Below are positions 44,161-54,978 of a stretch of 64,000 bases of DNA, one piece after another. How positions within the stretch are numbered: the stretch's first letter is position 1; every line of letters begins with the position of its first letter. The position numbers and the translations under genes are program-made. Origin of the DNA: a virus. Location: IMG/VR virus record IMGVR_UViG_3300023179_000026, positions 1 through 64,000 of that record. One strand, written 5' to 3'. The notes under the pieces were generated by a model that saw nothing but the letters and a program-made list of their open reading frames with translations, did not search any database and had not been told where the DNA came from.

Positions 44161-45552
44161 TTAACTTCCGTTTCTTATTTGAGCTAACATCTGCTTTACT
44201 TTATTACTTTGTACGTCAGCTACCACTTTGGGTTCATTATCTTCGTTATTATTGATTACTTGACTATTTGATTTAATCTTACTCAATATAGACGAACCCG
44301 TCATTACTTCAGGTGTATTATCGTCGCTGCTATCGTCGAATATCTTTAGTGTTTCTTTGTTAAACGATAAGTCTACTTTAGTGCCTACACCTGAACTACT
44401 ACGTGTTTTCATCAACTGTAACTGATACTTACCTTTATCACGCATATTTCTACTTGTGAAAATACCAAACACATTGTCAGCCGTATTAATTTTACTAATG
44501 CCACCACTGATGTGACTATGGTCAAATTCACTTTCTTCTACTGCACTACGATTTAATTGTGAAGCAGTAACAAACAATGCGTTTAATTCTTTTGCTAAAT
44601 TGCGTAATTCTTCACTTACATATTTGTCCTTGACAAACAAATCACTTGGACTGACTTTAGCTGAAACAGGCATCATTAAATCAAGATAGTCAACACATAT
44701 AAAATCTAGTTTTGTATCAGTCTGTATTTGTAATTCTTTGCAGTAGGCACGTAAATCGTTTACGGTGCTTTGGGCTGGCATGTATTTGACACGTAGCTTA
44801 CCTGCTTTTTTCTGCACTATTTTTACTTTTAGTTCAACATCGTCCAAATGTTTCCATACATCGTTAGTTGGTATATCAGTTACCATGCCATCCATGCGCC
44901 AAGAACATAGTTCTTCACTTAATTCTAGCGTAACATATACACCATTTAAACCCATTGTAGACCATGTTACAGCTAAGTTTTGCATGAATAATGATTTACC
45001 TGAACCACTTCCACCCAAGAATAATTGTAATTCACCACGGTTGAATCCACCATACAAGCGTTTATCAAGTATAGGCCAACCTGTAGTGATTTGACCATTC
45101 TTAGCCTTAATAGCTAATAAGCGACCACGTGGATCATCAAAATAATCAATACCCATATCCTTAGTTAAACTAATTTGTACTGCATCTTTGATTAGTTTTT
45201 CTACAGGATCGTAGTTACCTTTTTCAAGCAAGTCTGCGCTTTTTAAAATAGCACGTTCTAATTCTTGTTTACGAGTGAATTTTTCAAACTCATCTAAAAA
45301 CCATTCTACGTCCTGATCACGTAAATCATTAATCACATTAAGCTGCATGTTAGTAACAACACGAATTTGCTCAACATCAGGTACACCATTATACTTTTGT
45401 GCAAACTCCAACATAAATTGGACAACAGGACGCAACTTTTTACTAAAATTGTCTGCATTCAAAATGTTTTGCACCCTGATAAACAAATGATGTTCAGTTA
45501 GCATCATGTTGATAAACAAGGTTTGTACATCTTCGGTATATTCTATTTTCAC
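44161..45552 (-). CDS. Replicative DnaB-like helicase (T4 gp41-like)
   Basis: GGSGSGKS Walker A, TLELS, CVDYLDLM, VTASQLNR. Confidence 0.92.
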   Translation of the reverse strand: MKIEYTEDVQTLFINMMLTEHHLFIRVQNILNADNFSKKLRPVVQFMLEFAQKYNGVPDVEQIRVVTNMQLNVINDLRDQDVEWFLDEFEKFTRKQELERAILKSADLLEKGNYDPVEKLIKDAVQISLTKDMGIDYFDDPRGRLLAIKAKNGQITTGWPILDKRLYGGFNRGELQLFLGGSGSGKSLFMQNLAVTWSTMGLNGVYVTLELSEELCSWRMDGMVTDIPTNDVWKHLDDVELKVKIVQKKAGKLRVKYMPAQSTVNDLRAYCKELQIQTDTKLDFICVDYLDLMMPVSAKVSPSDLFVKDKYVSEELRNLAKELNALFVTASQLNRSAVEESEFDHSHISGGISKINTADNVFGIFTSRNMRDKGKYQLQLMKTRSSSGVGTKVDLSFNKETLKIFDDSSDDNTPEVMTGSSILSKIKSNSQVINNNEDNEPKVVADVQSNKVKQMLAQIRNGS

Positions 45553-46532
45553 AATATTTTATCTTTATAAATTTTTAACTTTGCTTTGCTTATAGTGGCA
45601 TGCTGTATAATACTTAATAACGTGGGTAATCTTCCATATTTTATCACTGCATCATTAACATCTTTAATGTGACTATCCCAAGTTGGTGGTATGCTTACAC
45701 TATAACCATAATCCAATGCTGCGTTGATACCTTTTAAACCTGCTGCATCACGATCAGGAACATAAATTACTCTACGTTTTAATTTGTCAATTAGCCAAGT
45801 TTGTTTCTCGCTTACTTCGTTTGACATAATAGCACATCCACCTATAGCTAATGCATCAAATTGCCCCTCCACTAAAATACAAATTTCCCAATTGGGTTGT
45901 TGTGCATCTAAATTAAATACATAACCTGATTGCTGTGTGGATACGTACTTAGGTTTTTTATCATCGTAAAATCTACTTGTATATCCCACAATCCTACCAT
46001 TTAGATAGTAGGGCAAAATAATACGATCTGCATCACGCCCCTCATCATGTGGCGTTACCATGAAATCATAATCATCATAATTAAAACCACGTTGTTTTAG
46101 TATATCAATAAACCTAGTATGCTCTGTATTAGTAGGATCAAGTAACTTAGCACCTTTAGGCAATGCCATATCTTTAAAGATAAGTTCTTTTTCTACTTTT
46201 GGAGCAATAAGTGATGCTGTATCACGTAACTTTAATGCTTCTAGCGATAATTCCTTGATTTCATCATCAGTCATACCCATCCAAGATAAAAATTTCTTGA
46301 AATGTTCAGTAAGCACTTTGCCAACAGAATAACCACACTTAAAGTTACAATTAAAGCAAGAGTAATTTAATTTATCATCGCCTGATACAATTAATCCACC
46401 ACGCATCCTAGTATCAGTACGATGCCCACGATGATGACAACATACAGCATTGGCAGAAATCCATCCACCACCTGTACGTTTGTGCTTTCTATTGCACCAA
46501 TAACTTAGTGTTTTATCAATAATTGTATTCAT
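45549..46532 (-). CDS. DNA primase (T4 gp61-like)
   Basis: N-terminal Zn finger (C..C..H, CFNC); TOPRIM VEGQFDA, PDRD..G, KDVND. Confidence 0.9.
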   Translation of the reverse strand: MNTIIDKTLSYWCNRKHKRTGGGWISANAVCCHHRGHRTDTRMRGGLIVSGDDKLNYSCFNCNFKCGYSVGKVLTEHFKKFLSWMGMTDDEIKELSLEALKLRDTASLIAPKVEKELIFKDMALPKGAKLLDPTNTEHTRFIDILKQRGFNYDDYDFMVTPHDEGRDADRIILPYYLNGRIVGYTSRFYDDKKPKYVSTQQSGYVFNLDAQQPNWEICILVEGQFDALAIGGCAIMSNEVSEKQTWLIDKLKRRVIYVPDRDAAGLKGINAALDYGYSVSIPPTWDSHIKDVNDAVIKYGRLPTLLSIIQHATISKAKLKIYKDKIL

Positions 46533-46584
46533 GTGCCAATCAATTATAGCACAAATTAATAACTACTCTATCGTATTGGATAAC

Positions 46585-47466
46585 TTATCTTGCAAGAATC
46601 GAAACTACATCACCCTTTAAATATTGCTGATTAGTCTCAGGAGGTCCGCTGCCATAATTTTGTATAGCCAAACGTACATAAGGATGATAACCTGTAATCG
46701 TTGTTCCCACCGTTAAAGTTTCACCTGTTGGGTACGGTAGCGCATTAGCGTTGCCATAAACCACTACATTGCCTATATTATACGGACGAGTAAAGTCAGC
46801 AATGTTACTACCTTCGATAGTGATATTACCACAGAATTCTTCAATACGATATTGGATGGTCAAGTATTGTGCATCTTCATTTTTTATTTCGCTACTATAA
46901 TAAGTTTTTATTTGAGGTTGCGTACTATTACCACCTTGCATAGCATTGCCTTGTGTGGGTCTAGGATGCGTAGGAATGGTTACATCAAGTGCAGGGATTA
47001 CTCTAGGAAATATACTATCAACTACTATTAAATTACCACGTGCTGAACCACTAGCATTAACATACACCGCCGCCCCAGGTGTCTGCGGATTAACCTCAGG
47101 TACATCGCTTATTTCAACAGAATAAAAGCAATATTGAGGTTGAATAATGTCTACCTCATCAGCAGTCATTTCTAAATTAAAAATACCTGTTATAGGTAAA
47201 TTTGGAGTGAGTTGTTTAGTTAGTATTAATTCTGTACCATTATTATTGATTACACGGAAATACAAATACTTTCCTACTAAATTTACAGGTTTTTGATCTT
47301 GGTTAATAAACGCAAATTCAAGTAAATTATCTACACCACGATTTAACATTAAGTCTTTAGCGTACACGATACTATATCTCCTTGTAGCAATATTTCCTGC
47401 GGCACTTAATAAAACCACATATTGTCTTTGATTATATAAATACATTTGCGTTTGGTATGCAGCCAC
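46585..47466 (-). CDS. Hypothetical protein, possibly structural
   Basis: 293-aa beta-rich ORF. Confidence 0.6.
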   Translation of the reverse strand: MAAYQTQMYLYNQRQYVVLLSAAGNIATRRYSIVYAKDLMLNRGVDNLLEFAFINQDQKPVNLVGKYLYFRVINNNGTELILTKQLTPNLPITGIFNLEMTADEVDIIQPQYCFYSVEISDVPEVNPQTPGAAVYVNASGSARGNLIVVDSIFPRVIPALDVTIPTHPRPTQGNAMQGGNSTQPQIKTYYSSEIKNEDAQYLTIQYRIEEFCGNITIEGSNIADFTRPYNIGNVVVYGNANALPYPTGETLTVGTTITGYHPYVRLAIQNYGSGPPETNQQYLKGDVVSILAR

Positions 47467-47490
47467 GTGAATATCCTTTATTTTGTATTT

Positions 47491-47865
47491 ATGTCATCAG
47501 ATTTTTTAACTAAATTGAGTTCTAATCATCCATTCATAACCGTGTGTTCTTATGCAGGGCAAGAATACATCGGTGTTATACAAAATCGTGATGATGATGT
47601 AACTACCTTTTACGATTATGGGGCAATCATTCATCAAGAACTTAAACAATTATTCTTAGAACTTGGTGATGTATGGTGGTGGGAAAGTAATCGACTTATA
47701 CCTATTAATATCTTTCTTAAAGATGAATGGCACCCATTTAAGCCATATCTGCGAACTTTTAACAATAAATCATTAACAATAATTCACGGTCCTACCACAA
47801 GCATTAGCGAACTAAGCAAACGTCGAGTAAAGCGTAGAAGTATTACTTTGGTCAAACGCATGTAA
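47491..47865 (+). CDS. Hypothetical protein
   Basis: MSSDFLTKL...WWWESNR.IPINIFL; start revised. Confidence 0.65.
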   Translation: MSSDFLTKLSSNHPFITVCSYAGQEYIGVIQNRDDDVTTFYDYGAIIHQELKQLFLELGDVWWWESNRLIPINIFLKDEWHPFKPYLRTFNNKSLTIIHGPTTSISELSKRRVKRRSITLVKRM

Positions 47866-48438
47866 ACCTAATTCTGAAATTAAGTTCATGTGCACCACTA
47901 CCAAGTGCGCATAGCTTATCGAATGACTTTTCTTAAATGAATAACCATCTTGTACGCTACGATCCCACACGGTTAAACTAACATCTTTCCAAGTTTTACC
48001 AATCAAGTGTCTTTTGGCAGGTCTGATAACAGCAAGAAACATAGCCATACGTGCCACACTATTAATAGGTTCAGTCATTTTCTTCATCGTATCATAATGT
48101 TCACCAATATGAATTAACGCTTGGAAAAATTCTTTGTCATGCAATTTAGCCCAATCAGGCTCACGCATTAATTCAAGTAAATGCTGCTCATTACGTACAT
48201 GTTTGTATACCCATACATTTAATAAATCAAGCTTCATATAATTTCTATCTTCAGCCGTTTTATATTCTAGTGCTGCCCAATCATTGATAGGATCATACGG
48301 AATATCCGTTACATAAATACCTGTAGGATGTTTCTTAACACCATCCATTGTTTTCATATGTGCTGAAACAAATTTAATATGCTGTAAAATTTCACTACGA
48401 TCAGCAAAATCTATATCAATATCACTATCAAATTTCAT
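47812..48438 (-). CDS. dnaE: DNA polymerase III alpha (DnaE) catalytic-core fragment
   Basis: DIDIDF, KHPTGIYV, KLDLL, A.IRP, FKKSHSISY motifs in only 208 aa. Confidence 0.8.
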   Translation of the reverse strand: MKFDSDIDIDFADRSEILQHIKFVSAHMKTMDGVKKHPTGIYVTDIPYDPINDWAALEYKTAEDRNYMKLDLLNVWVYKHVRNEQHLLELMREPDWAKLHDKEFFQALIHIGEHYDTMKKMTEPINSVARMAMFLAVIRPAKRHLIGKTWKDVSLTVWDRSVQDGYSFKKSHSISYAHLVVVHMNLISELGLHAFDQSNTSTLYSTFA

Positions 48439-49133
48439 AGACTAATAGACTCCAACATACTTTTAATATCTTCTGCTATGTTTTTTTGTCTTGCAATTTT
48501 AACACTCCATATATCAGGATTGATATAATCAAAAATTAACTTAATTTGATCTTGGTTAAGTTTTGCTATAAAGTTAGTGCCTTCTTTTGATTGATATAAA
48601 AACCATGGGCTTAAATTACCGTTTACAATATAGTGACACAATTTATTATGATTTAAAAACTTAAACGAATCACGTATTTGTAGATTTTGTTCATTACATA
48701 ATTCTGATAAACACTCAATGCTACGTTTTACTGCGTCATATGGGTCTTCTAACTTAAGATATTCAATTAAAAATTTTGTGTAATGTACGTCACTATTCCA
48801 ATGATCCACAACAACTTTATGTGATACTAGAAAATCAATATACCGTGGAATGTTAATAACTTTATTGCTTAAACAATAGTTGGCAAATTTAACAAATGCT
48901 GTATAAAAAGGGCTATGAATGAAATCAATATATTCGATATTCTTTTTATTAGGATGATTTTTTTGGTGATATGTTTTAAAAGCATTATGTGCAAATCGAT
49001 TAGTTTGCGTTTCACGATCATTCCATCGACGTTTAGGTTCGCACAAGTGAGTAAGCATAGTGCTTTCACGAATAAACTTTCTTTTGCAAAATTCACATTG
49101 ATTACTAGTTTCCATATTGCTTTTCGTATTCAT
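48435..49133 (-). CDS. Hypothetical protein with N-terminal zinc finger
   Basis: CEFC...THLC; inside the replication cluster. Confidence 0.65.
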   Translation of the reverse strand: MNTKSNMETSNQCEFCKRKFIRESTMLTHLCEPKRRWNDRETQTNRFAHNAFKTYHQKNHPNKKNIEYIDFIHSPFYTAFVKFANYCLSNKVINIPRYIDFLVSHKVVVDHWNSDVHYTKFLIEYLKLEDPYDAVKRSIECLSELCNEQNLQIRDSFKFLNHNKLCHYIVNGNLSPWFLYQSKEGTNFIAKLNQDQIKLIFDYINPDIWSVKIARQKNIAEDIKSMLESISL

Positions 49134-49683
49134 CTAATTCCTGATCAGTGACCATAGAACTTAAATATTCTATATCACGTATTTTCATAAGTGGGTATAA
49201 TTTAGCTAAACGATGCCGTTTATGTTGTATTTCAATAAACTCTTCGCTTGCTTCTTTAGCTACATCATCAGTGATATTATATATCTTCTTAAAATATTCT
49301 GCTACTTCTTTTTTATTAGCGGCAACTTTTAATTCACCAATACGTTGATTCAAATGTGGGATATATTGGTGAAATTGTTTACCTGTATTAGGGCTAACAG
49401 CACATAACATCAACCATTGTAATTTTGGATGCCGTTGAATATATTCATTAAACATGTGTTTATTGGCAAATTCTTCAGTAGCAAGCACATAATACTTACC
49501 TAGCTCACCTGTTTTTTTAATCGAACTTATCCAATGCAACATCATGTAAGGAACAAATTTCTTTTGTTGTTCCTCAGTTAGTCGATCATAATACCCATAA
49601 TCTTTTTTGTCTAACGCATCTAAAGCACCAAACAAATCAAAATCAACATGCTGTAATTTAAGATCAGAATCCTTCATTTGCAC
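49105..49683 (-). CDS. Clamp loader small subunit (T4 gp62-like)
   Basis: DLF..LDALD.K.Y..LTEEQ.K.F.PYMM..W.S N-terminus and context. Confidence 0.65.
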   Translation of the reverse strand: MQMKDSDLKLQHVDFDLFGALDALDKKDYGYYDRLTEEQQKKFVPYMMLHWISSIKKTGELGKYYVLATEEFANKHMFNEYIQRHPKLQWLMLCAVSPNTGKQFHQYIPHLNQRIGELKVAANKKEVAEYFKKIYNITDDVAKEASEEFIEIQHKRHRLAKLYPLMKIRDIEYLSSMVTDQELDEYEKQYGN

Positions 49684-49915
49684 CTAATGATAATGTAAGT
49701 AGTGTCATTTCTTCATCACTACTGACAACATAATAAAAAGTTTCTAAGTACATATCTTGAGTAACCCTAAAAGTAGTAACGATTGTTTTACCTGTTTTCA
49801 TTTTATACCAATCTTTGGTTGTTTTACAGGTTAAAATGAGGTCAGGGTCATCTATACATGCTATTTCAAAGTCTTTTTTGATCCTATGGTATTCATGCCT
49901 AGGTAATTCAAACAT
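49664..49915 (-). CDS. Hypothetical protein
   Basis: Coupled ORF. Confidence 0.5.
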   Translation of the reverse strand: MFELPRHEYHRIKKDFEIACIDDPDLILTCKTTKDWYKMKTGKTIVTTFRVTQDMYLETFYYVVSSDEEMTLLTLSLGANEGF

Positions 49916-50111
49916 CTTTACACAATTCTCTAAACATTTTTTTACGTCCTTCCACGCTTAAGGATTCATCAAATATTTCTGTAGTACGCTGCAACATAGC
50001 ACAAGCTAACATAAGTTTATCATTATTGTTTTCAGTCATGTTTATTGCTGTATCAATAATAACCATCAAGTTAGACATTTTCATTTCAATAGGGTCGATA
50101 TATTTGCTCAT
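49908..50111 (-). CDS. Hypothetical protein
   Basis: Coupled ORF. Confidence 0.55.
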   Translation of the reverse strand: MSKYIDPIEMKMSNLMVIIDTAINMTENNNDKLMLACAMLQRTTEIFDESLSVEGRKKMFRELCKDV

Positions 50112-50611
50112 TAAAACACCTGTTTATAATCTACGATTTCACAATTACGGCTAATTTCTTTAACAAAATAGATACAACGTGGTTTTTCACCATCATCTAT
50201 TGGCACACAAAGAAACTGTCCGTTTTTTAATCTTGGTGCATACCATGTAACATCATGGTATATATCTATAATTTCTATATCTAAAAATGTTGGTCTAAAG
50301 CCACTTAGTGGATTGAATTGGTATGCTTTAAAACCACGATCATTAATGCTTGTTAATGGCACTGTTTCAAGATCGCCAAACTCAGGTTCACCAATAAGTA
50401 TTTGCCAATCTAGTGGCATTTTGATGATTTGATCTGCTATACGTAAAACAAGAGCAGGACTATTAAATGATTCTAAAAAAATAAGTGGGATAAAGAAATA
50501 ATCAACTGCGCTAGGGTTGCTATTATCTAATATAGCAAACCTTAAGTCATCAATTTCTTCAGGTAAATTTTCTAGATTAAATTTTGTATCATCTAGTAAT
50601 AGTATATTCAT
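50111..50611 (-). CDS. Hypothetical protein
   Basis: 166-aa ORF coupled to the helicase. Confidence 0.7.
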   Translation of the reverse strand: MNILLLDDTKFNLENLPEEIDDLRFAILDNSNPSAVDYFFIPLIFLESFNSPALVLRIADQIIKMPLDWQILIGEPEFGDLETVPLTSINDRGFKAYQFNPLSGFRPTFLDIEIIDIYHDVTWYAPRLKNGQFLCVPIDDGEKPRCIYFVKEISRNCEIVDYKQVF

Positions 50612-52065
50612 TTATAATTCAACTTTTCCATTGTAAAAGGATAATTAGCTTCTTTGTAAAAAGTTTTTCGCTGTGTCAAATGACGTTTTGAAAATTTACA
50701 ACTTGAAGTAATATCATATATTTGCACAAAGTCTTTATCGTCTGCTTTACGTAATCCACGCCCTATACTTTGTATGACACGTACGAAACTCTTGCCTGGC
50801 TCGATAAAAACTAAGTTAAAAATTCTTGGGATATTAATACCTACTGCTGCTACACCATAAGTTGCCACAATAATTTTCTCATCCTGTATTGCAACATCTG
50901 CATATTCTTCTTTACGTTTTTTATTACTTGTTGTACCACTAACGAATACTGAGTTAGGTAAACGTTTTACTAACTCTTTCCCTGCAGTAATACGGTCTAC
51001 CAATACTAGAGTATTACCACTTTCTTTTACTTTGTCAATAATATTAGCTATTGTATCTAACCTATTTTCTTGTTCTAGTAAATATTTTAACTCACTTTGA
51101 TAATTATTAAACTCTGCATGGTCTTGCAATTGAACTACGTGCACATGACAATTTGCCAATACGCCACGATCCTGCAAATCAGTTGCAGCTAGTTTATTAA
51201 TAACAGGTCCAATACACGTTAACAATGCCTCTGACGCAAACTTTTCTTTTGGTACTGTACCTGTCAATCCCCATCTTATAGCTATTTTAGACATAGACCC
51301 GCTTAACATTGATTTAAGCACATCTGCTTTAGCCATGTGACATTCATCAATAACCAATGCCACAACATCTTGTATAAACTCTTCTATGGTAATGTCACCA
51401 ATACCATCTTGAGTATTTTTAATAATATTGTTTAAGCTTTGCCAAGTTACAATTGTATGAGTGTGACCAAGTTCTTTTCTGTCACCAAAATATACACCAA
51501 CATCTAAATTTAAGTTTTTATAATCTTCTTCAGTTTGCGTCACTAATGACTTGTTTGGGACAATAACCAACGTCCTCCCAAATGCCTCGCAGCTATGGCT
51601 TAATGCTGCTGTAATCAACGTTTTACCTGCTCCTGTGGCAATCTCTTGTACACATTGTTGATTAGCTAGAAACTGATTAATGATATCAATTTGGTAGTCA
51701 CGCAATACAACAGGCTCACCTGCTTTAGGATGACTTACAGGCCATGCATGATGTGAAAAGGTTTTTTCAGTGACACTGTTAAAAGTGTATGATTGATTGT
51801 AGTCACGTATATCATCAAGCTCAATATCATAACCACGTTGCTCAAGATAAGGAACAATTTGATCAAGTAGATTGATATATGTACCACCACCTAATTGAAA
51901 ATATGATACTTTACCGTTCCATCGACCAAGCTTAACCATAGGCATAAACCTAGCCCCAGGAATCTCATATTCAAACTGTTTAACTAATTTTTTTCTGTCA
52001 TCAAGGTGAAGTCCTTCTATTTTAACATTGACTTCATCTTTTACTATAATTTTGGCTATTGGCAT
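50608..52065 (-). CDS. uvsW: SF2 DNA helicase (UvsW-like)
   Basis: LRDYQ, ATGAGKT, DECH, GLTGT, QSIGRGLR. Confidence 0.9.
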   Translation of the reverse strand: MPIAKIIVKDEVNVKIEGLHLDDRKKLVKQFEYEIPGARFMPMVKLGRWNGKVSYFQLGGGTYINLLDQIVPYLEQRGYDIELDDIRDYNQSYTFNSVTEKTFSHHAWPVSHPKAGEPVVLRDYQIDIINQFLANQQCVQEIATGAGKTLITAALSHSCEAFGRTLVIVPNKSLVTQTEEDYKNLNLDVGVYFGDRKELGHTHTIVTWQSLNNIIKNTQDGIGDITIEEFIQDVVALVIDECHMAKADVLKSMLSGSMSKIAIRWGLTGTVPKEKFASEALLTCIGPVINKLAATDLQDRGVLANCHVHVVQLQDHAEFNNYQSELKYLLEQENRLDTIANIIDKVKESGNTLVLVDRITAGKELVKRLPNSVFVSGTTSNKKRKEEYADVAIQDEKIIVATYGVAAVGINIPRIFNLVFIEPGKSFVRVIQSIGRGLRKADDKDFVQIYDITSSCKFSKRHLTQRKTFYKEANYPFTMEKLNYK

Positions 52066-52166
52066 GGGTCTATATATTTATAATCAGTATAACTTAAATT
52101 TTGGTTATGTCAATAAAAAAGGAGCAATTGGTTACCCAATTACCCCAAGTTACTACAGGAGATATC

Positions 52167-53240
52167 TTAACGATCTTTATACATCAAAGTACGCTCAACA
52201 ACTTGTTTCCAACGGTCACCCTTACGCACCATATAATCAGCAACATATACAAAAGTGCGTAAGCTAAACGATTTAAATTTAGTTGCGTTGGTCTCCATGT
52301 ACGCAAACAATTCATCAACTTGTTCAGTGGTTAGGTTAAAGTTAGCAAAGAATCCACCATCATCTTGCAAATCCTCATGCAATTGTTTAGCACGTAGCAC
52401 AATGTGTCTAGCTGAGGAGCACTGTACTTCAATTGATTTCCAACGTGTTTCCATCGCTTGTAGGTGATTCTTTAAATTTGAATCACGCATTTTATTTAAA
52501 TCAAGGTTAGTGATAAAAATCAAGTTACCTTTGAATACAAAACTTTCAGGAATATCTTCCCTACGTAGTTGCGCACTGTTTGAGCGAATGTTAATTCGAC
52601 GTTCACCTGTGGTTGCTAGTGCTGCTTTAAGCAAGTTAAGCATTTCAGGGTTAAAGAAAATTGCATCACAGTCATCAAATACTGTAATATAATTTGCATC
52701 ACTACCTTCAAACAAGATTTTGTACAAGTGTACGGGTGAATCACCTAGTGAACCACGTATGATTTGAAACTTTTCACGTGTACCACCAACATTCGTAAAT
52801 GTTGCGTAACGGTCAAGCACTGATTCTACGATATGGGTTTTACCACTACCACCCCCACCGCAAATGAATAATCCACCTTTTTCTTCACCACGTAGCATAT
52901 CTTCAATATGCTCCTCAAGGTTTTCAAAATCTTCTCTAAACCATTGCTTGATTTGTTCATCAGTAGGTTCAGGTTTAGTTACAACAGGTTCATCTGCTGT
53001 AAATTTTACAGGTGCTTTTTTAGGCACTGTAACAGTATTATTATCAGTTATTTCACAATTAGTTACCACAATAGTAGGTTTCTCCGAAATTTTACCGCTT
53101 GGTTTCACCAACAAGCGATCTTTGTTTAGTACAACATATTCGTTGGGACGGGTACCTGGTTGGTGAATTTGAAACTTAGTACCGCTAGGAATAGGCTTAT
53201 CAAAATACTGACCTTCAAACACAGTAATAAACTTGGGCAT
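52167..53240 (-). CDS. P-loop (AAA-like) ATPase
   Basis: GGGGSGKT, VFDDCD, FITN; own TTGACA/TATACT promoter. Confidence 0.75.
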   Translation of the reverse strand: MPKFITVFEGQYFDKPIPSGTKFQIHQPGTRPNEYVVLNKDRLLVKPSGKISEKPTIVVTNCEITDNNTVTVPKKAPVKFTADEPVVTKPEPTDEQIKQWFREDFENLEEHIEDMLRGEEKGGLFICGGGGSGKTHIVESVLDRYATFTNVGGTREKFQIIRGSLGDSPVHLYKILFEGSDANYITVFDDCDAIFFNPEMLNLLKAALATTGERRINIRSNSAQLRREDIPESFVFKGNLIFITNLDLNKMRDSNLKNHLQAMETRWKSIEVQCSSARHIVLRAKQLHEDLQDDGGFFANFNLTTEQVDELFAYMETNATKFKSFSLRTFVYVADYMVRKGDRWKQVVERTLMYKDR

Positions 53241-53302
53241 CTTTAGCTCCGTTGTTTGTCAATCGATTTGAGTAGTATAGCAGGGTGTTGAAACTATGTC
53301 AA

Positions 53303-53635
53303 CTAACGAATACTGTATGGATCAAGAAACGCTCGTCCATCGTTAGTAATATACAAATACTCTACATTAGGAACATTACCCACAGGGCGATAATAAGCTA
53401 TTTCTCCATCATGTCCATCTTCATCATAAAGAACATCGTAGCAATCAACTTGCTTAAAACGTACTTCTTTACCTGTATGATGACTAGTTACAAAAAACTC
53501 TTGCGGAAATTTACTACCAAAATACGTATTAGATAAACCTAAAACTTTAGTGCTTTTATCAAAGTCACAATATTGAAGAGGTATACGTTGAAGTTCCATA
53601 CTTGCGTCCTTTGTTAAGATACAAGTATGATACAT
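53303..53635 (-). CDS. Hypothetical protein
   Basis: Probable start MELQRIP. Confidence 0.55.
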   Translation of the reverse strand: MYHTCILTKDASMELQRIPLQYCDFDKSTKVLGLSNTYFGSKFPQEFFVTSHHTGKEVRFKQVDCYDVLYDEDGHDGEIAYYRPVGNVPNVEYLYITNDGRAFLDPYSIR

Positions 53636-53917
53636 CTAAATTAATACTCTTGTCAACACTTTCTTTTTCTGTGGTTTTAATGACACACTAAAATGTGTAG
53701 CGTGTGGTTTTGTCACAACTTTGTCTGCAAGGTATTGATACTTAGCACTTACCTCAGCTTCTTTTAAAATTTGTTTAACTGTATTAAATTTGTCCATTGG
53801 AATACGATAAAACCCACGATCTAGTAAATGTTCTGCTAATTCTTGATCGCCTGACAAGCCAACTGCTTGCCATAACGTAAAATTGTTTTTAATAGTTGAT
53901 GCTTCAATATGTGACAT
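53636..53917 (-). CDS. Hypothetical protein
   Basis: 93-aa ORF, AGGAG RBS. Confidence 0.55.
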   Translation of the reverse strand: MSHIEASTIKNNFTLWQAVGLSGDQELAEHLLDRGFYRIPMDKFNTVKQILKEAEVSAKYQYLADKVVTKPHATHFSVSLKPQKKKVLTRVLI

Positions 53918-53918
53918 T

Positions 53919-54590
53919 TTATGCTCCTGTCTTAGGTTTTAATAGTGAAAGTTCTTGATCCATGCTGCGATTGTTTTCATTACGTGGTCCTGTCCACACA
54001 TTAGTCTTGGCTTCTCCTGTTACACGATTAGCCCATAGTTCACAAAATGCGCTATGTGGGCTAGTATCGTATGTTTTACCGTTTTCATGGCAGGTAAAAG
54101 TTCCATCTGCATTGACGGTAAAACTTACCTTAATAGGATTACCATTAGTGTCATTTTTAGATTGAGTAAAGGTTTGTCCTGCCAATTCTGCCACACGATC
54201 ACGTGACTTATTACTAGCGATAAATTTTACAGCAGCAGGTTCAAGTTCAGTTTGATTGACATTTTGTTCACTTGCACCGTAAATGTCCATAAATTTTGAT
54301 ACACGTTCAACTAACATACCATCAGTATCTTCAAACCATTCACCTTGCATACGTTCGGGCAATATAGCATGTAACAACTTTTCCACTCTGCTCATACTAT
54401 CAACTTGCCAATACTTAATCATTGTATAACCAATAGTAAACTTAGTACTGTTTAGTGCATTTTCTCTGCTTGGTACGTTGATACTTTTACCAACTTTTTT
54501 CTCAGTAAGTGAACTAATATCCTTACCACTATAGTGATAATAGCCACCAACGTAGATATAACCTGAATCTGTCATATGGGTAATCTCCAT
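53919..54590 (-). CDS. GIY-YIG superfamily (T5orf172/Mug113-like) protein
   Basis: GYIYV..KKVGKS...VEKLLH...GEWF. Confidence 0.75.
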   Translation of the reverse strand: MEITHMTDSGYIYVGGYYHYSGKDISSLTEKKVGKSINVPSRENALNSTKFTIGYTMIKYWQVDSMSRVEKLLHAILPERMQGEWFEDTDGMLVERVSKFMDIYGASEQNVNQTELEPAAVKFIASNKSRDRVAELAGQTFTQSKNDTNGNPIKVSFTVNADGTFTCHENGKTYDTSPHSAFCELWANRVTGEAKTNVWTGPRNENNRSMDQELSLLKPKTGA

Positions 54591-54622
54591 GTAAATTTAA
54601 GGTATTGTAGCAAAAAGATAAT

Positions 54623-54648
54623 AAAAAAGCACAGACTAGCTGTGCTTT
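54623..54648 (-). terminator. Intrinsic terminator
   Basis: AAAGCACAG/CTGTGCTTT stem plus U tract. Confidence 0.75.
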
Positions 54649-54670
54649 AATAAATTGAAATTATCCTAAA

Positions 54671-54949
54671 TTACTTTGTTTTGGTCATGCTTTGTGAAGC
54701 GTGGTTAACAAAGTTGTACATAGTTTCTGCAGTTTTGAGGACTTGTTCGATGCCTGGAAACTGTGGCATACCAAGGGTTGTTGTAACAACACCTTTGTCA
54801 TCACGTTGTACGCTCATTTCCCAACCGTGAAACTTACTATGGTATTCCTCGCTGATAAGATCTTTAGCCATTTTAAGGATTTCTGTACGGATTTCGTAAC
54901 CGTTTTTGTTAAATTTTACTTCAGTTTTTGGTAAATCAAAATTTGACAT
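54671..54949 (-). CDS. Hypothetical protein
   Basis: KNGYEIR.EILKMA...P...VL..AE.MYNFV; AAGGAG RBS. Confidence 0.7.
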   Translation of the reverse strand: MSNFDLPKTEVKFNKNGYEIRTEILKMAKDLISEEYHSKFHGWEMSVQRDDKGVVTTTLGMPQFPGIEQVLKTAETMYNFVNHASQSMTKTK

Positions 54950-54978
54950 AATTTTCTCCTTGTGTGTGTATGTCTATG

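Noticed and set aside
32049-52065. Introns or inteins in nrdA, nrdB, helicases or dnaE
   Set aside because: Lengths are normal or short, motifs are contiguous, and no Hint-type C...HN signatures were seen.
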